From Opitutales bacterium (GTDB taxonomy: Bacteria; Verrucomicrobiota; Verrucomicrobiia; Opitutales; JABSRG01), in assembly GCA_049599475.1 (NCBI GenBank), contig JBMYOQ010000041.1:1-36360 (forward strand): DNA of 36,360 nucleotides, given 5' to 3'. Position numbers and translations under genes: made by a program. Below, piece after piece: positions 1-10,000 of this stretch; position 1 is the stretch's first letter; every line of letters begins with the position of its first letter. Below the pieces are notes generated by a model, which made no database searches, was not told the DNA's origin, and worked only from the letters and a program-made list of their open reading frames with translations.

Positions 1-64
1 GTAAACGCTTCTTAGACAACCTTAAGGCTCTTTAATTTTTAGAATCGGTATCAGAGATCCTATT

Positions 65-137
65 GCTAGCGAACCGTCCCGGTGAGCCGATTGAGTGCAA
101 CTTGATCTCTGCCGCTCACCGGGACGGTTGCCCTACC
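65..137. repeat. REP/REPIN-like inverted repeat doublet (GTAG-type)
   Basis: Perfect 16-bp inverted repeat AACCGTCCCGGTGAGC (72-87) / GCTCACCGGGACGGTT (114-129). The right arm read on the minus strand begins GGTAGGGC, the typical REP end. Intergenic, just downstream of the 158..1384 gene. Confidence 0.65.
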
Positions 138-157
138 TGAAATATCGAAAAAAGGCT

Positions 158-1384
158 TTAAACCTCGGCCATCGCCAGCCCTGCTAGGCGGCCTGTGGTC
201 CATGCGTTCTGGAGATTGAATCCTCCAGTAACGCCATCGATATCGAGGACTTCACCTCCGAAATGAAGTCCTGGGACAATCCGACTCTCCATCTTGCGAA
301 AATCGACTTCCTTGAGCGTTACACCGCCGCATGTGACGAACTCTTCCTTATTCATGCTCTTGCCGGTGACTGGGAGTACCATCTCGGTGAGTTCACGTAG
401 GAGTGCTTTCTCTTGATCTGCCTTTAGCTGTGACCAGACCGTGTCGCGGCGAATCTGAGCTGTTTGCACAAGGCGATCCCAGAAGCGTTGCGGCAGTCCA
501 AACAAGGCATGTGAGCCAACTTGCTGGCGTGCGCGTTGTTTGCGAGCGGATTTTAGCGTATCTACCACTTGTTGTGTGCTCTGGCCCGCGAGCCAATTCA
601 GAGACACCTCGAAAGTATAGTTGCGCTTTTGTAATTCGCGGGCTGCGACGGCAGAGAGCTTCAGTACGCCGGGGCCGCTGAGCCCCCAATGAGTGATTAA
701 CACCGGCCCGGTGTTTTCCAATTTGCTACCAATGATTTTTACCCGAGTCGGTTCAATCGCAATCCCTTGGAGGTCTTTGATGCGGAGGTCTTTGATATTA
801 AATGTAAACAGGGATGGAGCCAGCTCCTGAATGCTGTGGCCTAGGTCTTGAAGGTTCTTCGCTAGGGGCCCTTCTTTCAAACTGCCAGTCGCGAGCATGA
901 TTTTTGAGGCAGTGTAAGTCTTGTCCTTGGTCTCTAAGGAGAATGTGCCCTCAGCTCGCTGAATGCTCCGAACGGACTGTTTGGAAAACATCGATACACC
1001 CGTCTCGCGAGCGGCTCTCATGAGCGCATCGATGATTGTTTGAGAATCATCTGTCGTGGGAAAGATACGACCGTCGCCCTCTGTTTTCAATTCTACGCCG
1101 CGGCTCTCGAACCAGTCCATGGTATCGCTCGGCTGCCATTTTGAGAAAGGGCCCCGTAGCTCACGGCTGCCGCGCGGATAGCGGGTTACCAGTTCGCGTG
1201 GATCGAAGCACGAGTGGGTTACATTGCAGCGACCTCCGCCGGAAATGCCTACCTTGGTGAGGTAGCGCGGGGCTTTTTCGAGCACGCAGACAGAGAGATC
1301 GGGATTGGCCTCCTTGCAATTAATTGCGGCGAAGACACCTGCAGCGCCTCCGCCGACTACGATACAATCCCAATATTCAGACAT
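158..1384 (-). CDS. NAD(P)/FAD-dependent oxidoreductase, HI0933/YhiN (BaiN-like) family
   Basis: N-terminal GGGAAG dinucleotide-binding motif, SGGGRCNVT, GRIFP, THWGLSGP, VTCGGV and GEVLDIDGVTGGFNLQNAW signatures; 408 aa. Confidence 0.93.
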   Translation of the reverse strand: MSEYWDCIVVGGGAAGVFAAINCKEANPDLSVCVLEKAPRYLTKVGISGGGRCNVTHSCFDPRELVTRYPRGSRELRGPFSKWQPSDTMDWFESRGVELKTEGDGRIFPTTDDSQTIIDALMRAARETGVSMFSKQSVRSIQRAEGTFSLETKDKTYTASKIMLATGSLKEGPLAKNLQDLGHSIQELAPSLFTFNIKDLRIKDLQGIAIEPTRVKIIGSKLENTGPVLITHWGLSGPGVLKLSAVAARELQKRNYTFEVSLNWLAGQSTQQVVDTLKSARKQRARQQVGSHALFGLPQRFWDRLVQTAQIRRDTVWSQLKADQEKALLRELTEMVLPVTGKSMNKEEFVTCGGVTLKEVDFRKMESRIVPGLHFGGEVLDIDGVTGGFNLQNAWTTGRLAGLAMAEV

Positions 1385-1408
1385 GCTTTCAGTTCTCGAT
1401 TGTTCGGG

Positions 1409-3700
1409 TTACCAGCGTTTGCCCTTGTGCATCGCTGCATCGAACCAGTTGCCGCCAAAGTTATCATTGCTGCGATTGCGGTCTTGGCGAGGTTTACCCC
1501 CGCCGCGGCGGGGTCCCTTAGGGCCGCCTGGGCCTTTGGAGCGCTCGCGTTTAGCACCGATTTCAGGATTCGCCTTCATGGAAAGTCCGATGCGATTGCG
1601 CTGAAGGTCCACCTCGGTGACAGTGACGTTTACCTGATCTCCCACCTTCACAATTTTGTTGGGATCGTCGACGAACTTGTCGGCAAGTTGGCTTACGTGA
1701 ACAAGCCCATCCTGGTGGACACCGACATCTACGAAGGCACCAAATGCAGTGACATTGGTGACGATCCCCGGGAGTTTCATCCCGAGTGTGAGATCGCTTG
1801 GCTTTTCGACGCCTTCAGCGAATTCAAAGATCTCGAATTTGGCGCGCGGGTCACGACCGGGCTTGGCGAGTTCATCCATGATATCGCGGAGGGTGGGGAG
1901 CCCCACTTCTTCAGAGACATAGCTCTTGAGCTCGATCTTTTTTCGAGCGCTCTCGCTGGTCATCAGTTCTTGGACAGAGCAGCCTGCATCGCTGGCCATT
2001 TGTTCTACCAGGGCATAGCGCTCAGGGTGCACCGAGCTCTGGTCGAGCGGATGCTCGCCGTCACGAATTTTAAGGAAGCCTGCGCATTGTTCGAAGGCCT
2101 TGGGGCCGAGACGGCTCACCTTGCTAAACTCTTTGCGGGACTTGAATGGACCATTTTGATTGCGGTGATCTACGATGTTGCCGGCGATCGTTTCGTTTAG
2201 CCCGGAGACATAGGCGAGGAGTTGTTTACTCGCCGTGTTTACCTCCACGCCGACGCTGTTTACGCTGGAGATCACGGTGTCATCAAGCTGGCGCTTGAGA
2301 GCATTTTGATCTACGTCGTGTTGGTATTGTCCGACACCGATCGATTTCGGATCGATCTTCACCAGCTCCGCGAGTGGATCCATAAGGCGGCGTCCGATCG
2401 AGACTGCACCGCGGACGGTGATATCTTCTGTTGGAAACTCTTCACGTGCGACTTCGGAGGCTGAATAGATAGAAGCTCCAGACTCGTTGACCACGATGAT
2501 TGGGATGGACTTGGGGAGGCCGAGGTCGCGGAAGAAGGCCTCGGTCTCGCGGCTTGCGGTGCCGTTGCCAATCGCGACTACCTCTATCTTATGTTGCTGG
2601 GCTAAGGCTTTGGCTTCCATCTTGGCGCGGTCCACCTGCGCGGCGCTCCCGGTGCAGTAGAGCACGTGATGGTAGAGGAGCTGCCCTTGGGCATCGAGGA
2701 TGACAGTCTTGCAGCCGGTGCGGAAACCAGGGTCCACCGCCATCATGCGCTTTTGGCCCAGGGGAGATGCAAGTAAGAGTTCGCGCACGTTGTCGCTGAA
2801 TACCTGGATAGCTGCGAGGTCGGCCTCTTTCTTCGCTTTGAGGCGGATCTCGGTCTCCATTGAAGGGCAAAGGAGGCGCTTGTAGCAGTCTTCGATGGCC
2901 TTCTTGACTTCAGACCCGGCGGGGCCGTTTCCGTTGAGAAATTGCTTTTCCAGAATTGAAATTGCCGCCTCTTGCTCCGGAAGAATGCGATGGAAGAGAA
3001 CGCCCTCTTTCTCGCCACGACGGATCGCGAGGACGCGGTGTGATGGCGCTTTCGCGATCGGTTCTTTCCACTCAAAGTAGTCGCGGAATTTTGCGCCTTC
3101 TTCTTCCTTTCCAAAGAGTACTTCTGAGCTCAGGGTGCCGTGTTTCCAAAACAAGGTGCGCAGAGATTCTCGGGCATCTGCATCATCGCTCATCCATTCT
3201 GCGATGATATGGCGAGCGCCCTCGAGCGCTGCATCCGCATTCTCGACTTCCTTCTCCGTGTCGACGTAGGTCAATGCCTGTTCCGCGACATCGCGCGCAT
3301 CCTGGTTTTCAAACAAATATTGGGCTAGGGGCTCCAGGCCCTTCTCGCGTGCGATTGTCGCCTTGGTACGACGCTTAGGCCGGAACGGTAGGTAAATGTC
3401 CTCGAGCTTGGAAAGTGTCTCAGCCTCAGCTAGTTTTTTGCTCAGTTCTTCGGTGAGCAATTTACGCTCATCCAAAGATTTAATGATGGCTTCGCGTCGA
3501 GCCTGGACATCTGCGAGCTGCTGCAGGCGATCCCGGATTGCTGTGATTTGGACTTCGTCCAGCTCGCCCGTTTGCTCCTTCCGATAACGAGCAATGAAGG
3601 GGACCGTGCCCCCGTCCGCGAGTAAATTTGCCGTAGCGGCTACTTGTTGAACCTTCAGGTTCAGTTCTTCCGAAATTTTATCAATAAATTGGGTCTGCAT
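1409..3700 (-). CDS. tex: Tex family RNA-binding transcription accessory protein (YhgF)
   Basis: TVPFIARYRKE, DPGFRTGCK, GNGTASRET, ESGASIYSAS, DPKSIGVGQYQHDV and C-terminal S1 domain FGAFVDVGVHQDGLVHVSQL; 763 aa. Confidence 0.96.
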   Translation of the reverse strand: MQTQFIDKISEELNLKVQQVAATANLLADGGTVPFIARYRKEQTGELDEVQITAIRDRLQQLADVQARREAIIKSLDERKLLTEELSKKLAEAETLSKLEDIYLPFRPKRRTKATIAREKGLEPLAQYLFENQDARDVAEQALTYVDTEKEVENADAALEGARHIIAEWMSDDADARESLRTLFWKHGTLSSEVLFGKEEEGAKFRDYFEWKEPIAKAPSHRVLAIRRGEKEGVLFHRILPEQEAAISILEKQFLNGNGPAGSEVKKAIEDCYKRLLCPSMETEIRLKAKKEADLAAIQVFSDNVRELLLASPLGQKRMMAVDPGFRTGCKTVILDAQGQLLYHHVLYCTGSAAQVDRAKMEAKALAQQHKIEVVAIGNGTASRETEAFFRDLGLPKSIPIIVVNESGASIYSASEVAREEFPTEDITVRGAVSIGRRLMDPLAELVKIDPKSIGVGQYQHDVDQNALKRQLDDTVISSVNSVGVEVNTASKQLLAYVSGLNETIAGNIVDHRNQNGPFKSRKEFSKVSRLGPKAFEQCAGFLKIRDGEHPLDQSSVHPERYALVEQMASDAGCSVQELMTSESARKKIELKSYVSEEVGLPTLRDIMDELAKPGRDPRAKFEIFEFAEGVEKPSDLTLGMKLPGIVTNVTAFGAFVDVGVHQDGLVHVSQLADKFVDDPNKIVKVGDQVNVTVTEVDLQRNRIGLSMKANPEIGAKRERSKGPGGPKGPRRGGGKPRQDRNRSNDNFGGNWFDAAMHKGKRW

Positions 3701-3953
3701 GGAGTGCTTGAAAAGGTAAAGCGGAGCAGCATACAGGTCCTGATTTGCGGGGAAAGGAAAAGATTTAGAATTTCTCGGAGATGGGGTTTAGGCAGGGGGT
3801 ATCGGACTTCTTGTCTGACTACTCTTGGCGAAAATTAAGTCCCGCTCCTCAAGAGTTTGAAAAGTCAGTATATTCTCTCGTATCGCCTACTGGAAAGGAA
3901 TTCTGTGAGTCCGGTTTCTCAAAAGTAATTTCGTGAACTCGAGTCTTAAAGGG

Positions 3954-4028
3954 TTGTAACCGTGGCGCTCTGCTGCCGCGCATTCGGGCCTGCTTGAATG
4001 CTAGCGCCCCAGCAGAGTGGGGCGACAA
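3954..4028. repeat. degenerate REP-like inverted repeat
   Basis: CTCTGCTG (3968-3975) / CAGCAGAG (4010-4017), GCATTC (3980-3985) / GAATGC (3996-4001), and an internal hairpin CGCCCCA/TGGGGCG (4005-4024). Confidence 0.3.
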
Positions 4029-4083
4029 AAAGCATCAGTAAGTATAAGCGAAAGCATTTTTGAGAAGTGTATAGGTATCGTTG

Positions 4084-7000
4084 TTACGGCGTCTCACTGA
4101 CTTCTAGTCGGTAGAAGCGTTTCTCCTCATTGCCTGGTGTGATGTCGACGCTTACATTTTGAATGCTGTCCACCACATCTTCGGATGCCGCGTTGGATAA
4201 GTCGATGGGTTGCCAGGTGTGCAGGTCTGTGGAGGTCGTGACGGTGTAGTCTAGATTGGTATTGTTGGTACGCCTCATAAACTCGAAATAATGAGAATCT
4301 CTATCGATTACGATATTCGGGAGGCTATCTCTTTCGCTTGTGTCCGCGACCGTTGGGTTGAGGCCATAGATGAATTCGTTGAAGTTTGAAATCGAATCCC
4401 CATCAAAGTCGAGTGATTCAGCTCCGATGTCTTGGCCCCAGAGTTGTCTCCATATTTCGTAGGAAACCGCGCCTTCACCGCGACCGTCGATCTGCTCAAG
4501 GTATGCGATGAGGTCGGCGAATTCGGTACTGTTAAGGGTGTGAGTTCTACTCGCTTGGGTGCCGACGTCGTGAGCATTGATGTCTGGGCTGTTCGGGTCA
4601 GATTCAGATCCTGAGAAGTTGAATACATCTTCGATGGTCGCTGCGCCTCCGTGATGCAAGTAGGGCGCACTCGCGTGTAGGCCCCAAAGGGTAGGGGTGT
4701 CCACGCCAGTCAGTGTTTCCTGGCTCAGACGTTGCCCTGATTCTTCAGTGAGGGTGCCCACGTCAAAGAGTTCGAATTGGCCGGGGACAGGGAGGCTGTT
4801 GGTGAATTCGTCTGTGGGCTTGTGGCATGCGACACAGTTGAGCTGCTCGCCGGATACAGGTAACACCAAGCCCTCGAAGAGTTGTTTGCCTCTTAAGGCT
4901 TCCATTGTGAGGGATCCATCCGCTTCGCGGTGCGGGCTCTTTTCGACGGATTCTTTCCCTAGAGAGGCGACGTAGGCGGCGAGTGCGTCGAGGTCTTCGC
5001 TCCGACCCGCATTCGCGGGGAAGTCCGGTTTGATAGCTCCCAAATCTTCGATAAATCCATCACCTCCGAAATGGTTAACGATATCTAGCTCGAAGTCTTG
5101 AATTTCGTCGAAATTTGCAGACCAGTGAACATTGCCATGCGCCATGCCGGCGCGGCCGCGTAGGTTGGTGGTATTGCGCATGCCTTCGCCTCTCTGGGTG
5201 AAGTCCCATACGCGTCCGTCGTGGTCGCCGTCTTGGTGGCAGGCTGCGCAGCTAATATAATCGTTGCCGCTCATCCTGTTGTCTTTGGCATCGTAGAAAA
5301 TCCGTTTACCTGTGAGGACTTCTTCGGAGAATTTCGAGAAGTCGTTTTGAACAACATCGATCGTGGCCTCGTGCGTGTTTGTGAAATTTCTGGTTAACAG
5401 AGCTTCACTCAAGTTGAAAACTGAGATGTCGCGAGAGTTTAGATTTTTTACGAAGAGCCGTGCGCTCGCCTGGTCGAAGACTAAGCCTTGGGGAGCAAAG
5501 GCATTTTCGTCGAAAAAAGATCCCATTTTGACGCCTCTGAAGTCGTCAAAAACATGAATGGAGTTATCCCCTTGTAGTGCGACAAAGAAAAATTCTCCAA
5601 CATCGGAAAAGGCGATCGCAGAGGGCTGCGAGGAATCATCAATATCGATTCGTGATTCTACGTCTTCCAATTTTGTCGAAAGATCTATTTTCGCGATCAT
5701 GGTGCGAATTGAAGTGTCGGGTAGGAGCGGGGTAGGAGTGTCCAATGTGCTACGTGTTCCGGCGAATATATTGTCTTTTTTCGCAATGACATAAGCGTGG
5801 TTCTCGGTCGGACTGATTGCGATGTCGCTCAAATAGTTTGCGATTCCCCGAGCTTGAGAACCATCGTCGGGCGAAGTGGTGTCCGGGGTGATTGTTATAA
5901 TATGATCGTTGCCATTGACCTGGGTGAATCTGTCTGCCCTTTGGATCTGATTGAATGTGTAGACTTCGCCGCCTGAATCCGGCGAGATGAAACGGCTTGT
6001 CAGGATTTCAAGGTTGTCGACTATGGCGAGTGCCGTAGCTGTTGGTATCTGGCGCGGTGGAATGTGGGTGTCTGCTAGATTCAAGGCCAAGTCAGGGTCG
6101 AAGCGGATGATTTCTCCCGAGCCACTGAGAGAAACAAATCCATATGTGTAATTGGTCATGAATACAATATCGCTGGGACGCGCTCCGTAGGGAAACTGGA
6201 GCGAATCGACGAGTGCGCCGGAAACGGGGTCAATTTTTTCAAGGCGATCTGCATCAATGCAGGTGACCCATAAGTAGCCGTTGTCGTCCAATGCAATACT
6301 GCGTGGATCCGCGCCTACTGAAAATTCCTTCACTTTGATGAGAGTGTCCGCATTGATCGCTGAAATTGTATCGTTGTCGGGATTTACGCACCAGACGAGG
6401 CGGTTTGCCTTATCCAGTATGATTTGTGAGCTCTTACTCGGCATCTGTGATTCTACGATATCGTCCGCAACGGTAAGGAATATGGATTCAGTAGCGAAAT
6501 TGTTTTCTTCATCGATTACAGTGACGCGCGCTTCGAAACGCCCTGTTTGCGTGTAGGTATGGCTCACCCGGAAGTTGTCGGCGCTGTAGCCTGAAGATGT
6601 GCCATCACCGAAGTCCCAATTGTATCGCAGAACGCCTTCGCCGCCGCTTGCGATTACTTCGAGGGATGGGCTGTCATTGACTGCTAAAGGATAACCAATG
6701 CTTGAAGTCGGTGTCTCGAGACTTATGCGGGTGGATTTAATATCTCCAATTGTCGTGAAGGAGAATGAGTCGGGCACGATGTAGTTGCCACTGACATCTT
6801 TGATGCCGATTCCTTGGTCTTCGTCTACGACCCAGGATACGAAATATTTTGTATGCTTTTGGAGGGGGATGTCCGGAGTGAAATTTAGAATATCCTTATC
6901 CGAAATGTTGATACTTCCCGTGATGGACTCTGGGTCTTCACCTTCGGCTGGTTCGGGGTATACGAGTAGGCTTGAGCTGTTGATTGTAGCGTAATCAAGA

Positions 7001-10000
7001 GTCTCGTGAATGATCAGGCCGATTCTGGAGGTAAGTGGAACGTTTTCAGCATCGCTCTCGGGTAGATGGAAGGTGACTTGGGGGCGTGTGGAGTCCGCGT
7101 TCTGTTCGTGTGCGAAGAAACGGATGGGTTGGTTTCTGCCATTGGCTCCCTGACGAGTGTTTTCAGCAGCCACGTAGAGGTTCCCCAGGGGCAGCATATA
7201 CTCGCCAAAGTGTTCGTGGAGGGGGCCATTGGAATTAAAACCATCGAGCTTAATAGGATCCTCGGGAGGATCATTCCGCAGGGGAGACAAGTCGTAGGTA
7301 CTGTCTCCTAAGAACATCTTGTTATCCTGAAACTGAGCGTAGCGAGAATTGCCAGTGATTGAGCCGATTTTGGTAATCACTTGGAGATCGCGAGGATTGG
7401 AGAAATCTACGAACTCGGCATCATTGCCTCTATTTGAATTTGGCAAGATTATGAAGTTGTTCCAGATGAATGTTTCGTAAGCGCGGTCGTCTTGCCGTCC
7501 GTTCGATTCTGTTATCCATTGGCTTGAACCGTTTTCGATTTTGTCGAGTAAGAAGGGTTCTGCAGGATCACTGATGTCGTAGGTCGCCACAGCTCTGAGG
7601 TCTTGCCCTCGGATACCGACTGCTATGAGCAGATTGCCTATCGGAATCGCTTGGGCTTCGAACCCGTGTGCGTCTAAAGTTGCGAGCAGTGCATCCGCTT
7701 CATTGCTGATACGTGCATCGTAAATTTCGATTGTTGACCCGCCGTCGTATATGTACGGGAGTGCTGGATTACTTCGGGAGCTAGTGCCGTATAGGTTATA
7801 TCCTGGAGGGTCTTCGGCTACAATGTCGAGAGGGTTTGAAATATTTGACACATTCTGGGGTGATGCTTCAAAGCGATGATGTGGCAGAAGAATCGACGCC
7901 GTGTGTTGTGGGCGCGTGGATACTTTATAACTGACTTCTCGAATGTTACTGAGATCGCTAATGTCATACGCGATCCTTGCGTTTCGTTCTGTATTTGTTC
8001 CGCGTTCTCTCACAAATCGACTGTCGACAAACATGTAGCCATTAAAGTAGTCGATTAGGATACTTCTCGCGCGGCTATCTTGGTCGCTGGGGTTATTGGG
8101 ATCGAAGCCATCTAGATAGGGAATTTCGGCGAGGACCGTTCCTGGAGTATCCGATTGGAATTCATTGGAGAATCCTGGACCCGGAGCATATGTATCATCA
8201 TCGGCAAGACGAGCGACAGCGGAGTCTCGACGAGGCACTGTCACGTAGTTGCTGTTCTGTAGGATGGTTGCCTGTATTCTTTCTTCACCTTCGACTTCGC
8301 TATCTTGCGTAGTATTGTAAGTGATATTTCGAAAGGTTTGACCTGCTTGTATGGTGATATTCATGGTTTCCCCCTGGGAGTAATCCTCCCCTGGGGTGGC
8401 TGTTCCACTGTGTCGCAGACTTAGAACGAGGTCCTCGTCCAGGGCTTCTGTTAAATAGAAACCAATTCTAGGACGCCCTTCGTTTGCGAGGCCTTCTGTG
8501 CCGTCTCGAACGCGTTCTGCATAAACCACAGGTAAGTCGGTAGTGACTGCAAATTGATGACTGACGGAGGCTTGATTGTTTTCGCTATCATATACGATAA
8601 ATTCCAAATCATAGGTTCCCAGTTCGAGCGTCCCGAGGTCTTGGAAGTCTGTGCTGTTGAAACTGTATGGTGAGGTGTCAATACTGCCTACGAGTTGGTC
8701 ATTTAAATACATTTCCACATTGCTTACGGGGCCCGTGACTGTGGGCTCGAATGCGAGTGAGGTATAGCTCATGTCGACTTCCTCTGGTGTATTGTTTGGA
8801 AGTGCGATGGCTAGTGTTTGAGTGGGATCGGCCGCGACTTCCAGGTGCATGAAAGTGATCATAAAAGCGCCGTCTGTGTCAGTCGCTTTCATTTCTAGAG
8901 TGTAGAAGCCGGCACCTAGATTAGAGAGGATTTCGGACCCCGTACCGTTTGACGAAAAAGTGAAACTGAAATCTCCCCCTTGGTTGGAAGGCTGGCCAAC
9001 TCCAGCTGAGACTCCGTTTACAAAAAGCTCAACACTATCGATGAAGATGTTTTCATCGTCTCGCCGTTCTTCTGTGGATGTTGCAATCGTGATCTCGTCA
9101 CCTTGCACGACGTTTGTGGTGCTGCTGGCTAAAATCCTTGGCCGAGGGGTATCATTGAAACCATAGGATCCGTTGGATGGATTCGTATATTGTATCGTAT
9201 GGTCTACGGAAGATGTCAGGCCATCGTTGTCAGTGGCTACGATGGTGAATGTGTGTGAACCTGAATTATTGTTGAGGGCGCTTGCGGAACCGTCCTGAGC
9301 GCTGTCGAAAATATAGTAGGGAGAGTCTTGGCGCTGAGTGGTGAACTCCCATACTGAATTCGATCCATTGAAGAGTTCTACACTTTTAATTGTCCCATCC
9401 GGGTCTTCGGCGTTGATGATTATACTGGCAAAGGCTCCGCCGTTATGTGCTCCGTTTTCACTGGTGTATGATTTTACGACCGATACCTGTGGTGGGAGGT
9501 TTTGATCCTCAGGATCGATGACTTCGATCTGTTTCTCGGCAATGCCTTGACCTCCATAAATATCTGTCGAGACGAGCTTGAATACATACTCGCCAATGGG
9601 GAGCCGTGCCAGGGGATCATCTGGGTTGGCGAGGTCGGTAATGAATTGATACGGGGTTTCTGCATCCGAAAGAATCAGAGCTCCGTCTAGATAAAGGGAT
9701 ACTTTGTATATGGCGTTTTCTGAAGCGAGAACATCGGCCCATATAGACAAGTCGGTGTAGCCAACGTTCAGAGTCGCTGGAGTGGAAGCCGCGAATGAGA
9801 CTTCCGGTGGGTTCTTATCTCGCCGCTGGAAGCTCTTATCGGGAATTACCAGCGAGTAGGGGCGATCTAGGCCACTTATTTGATTTTCTGGGAGATAGGA
9901 GAGGTCGCCTGTTGCGCTATCGCGCGAAAAGGTTTCGAGCGTGCCACCGGCGGTGCAGGTCACAAATAGGAAATTTTCTGTCGGATCTAGATCGATTGCC

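Noticed and set aside
1214..2200. 328-aa plus-strand ORF
   Set aside because: Antisense shadow of tex and the flavoprotein gene; no recognisable motifs.
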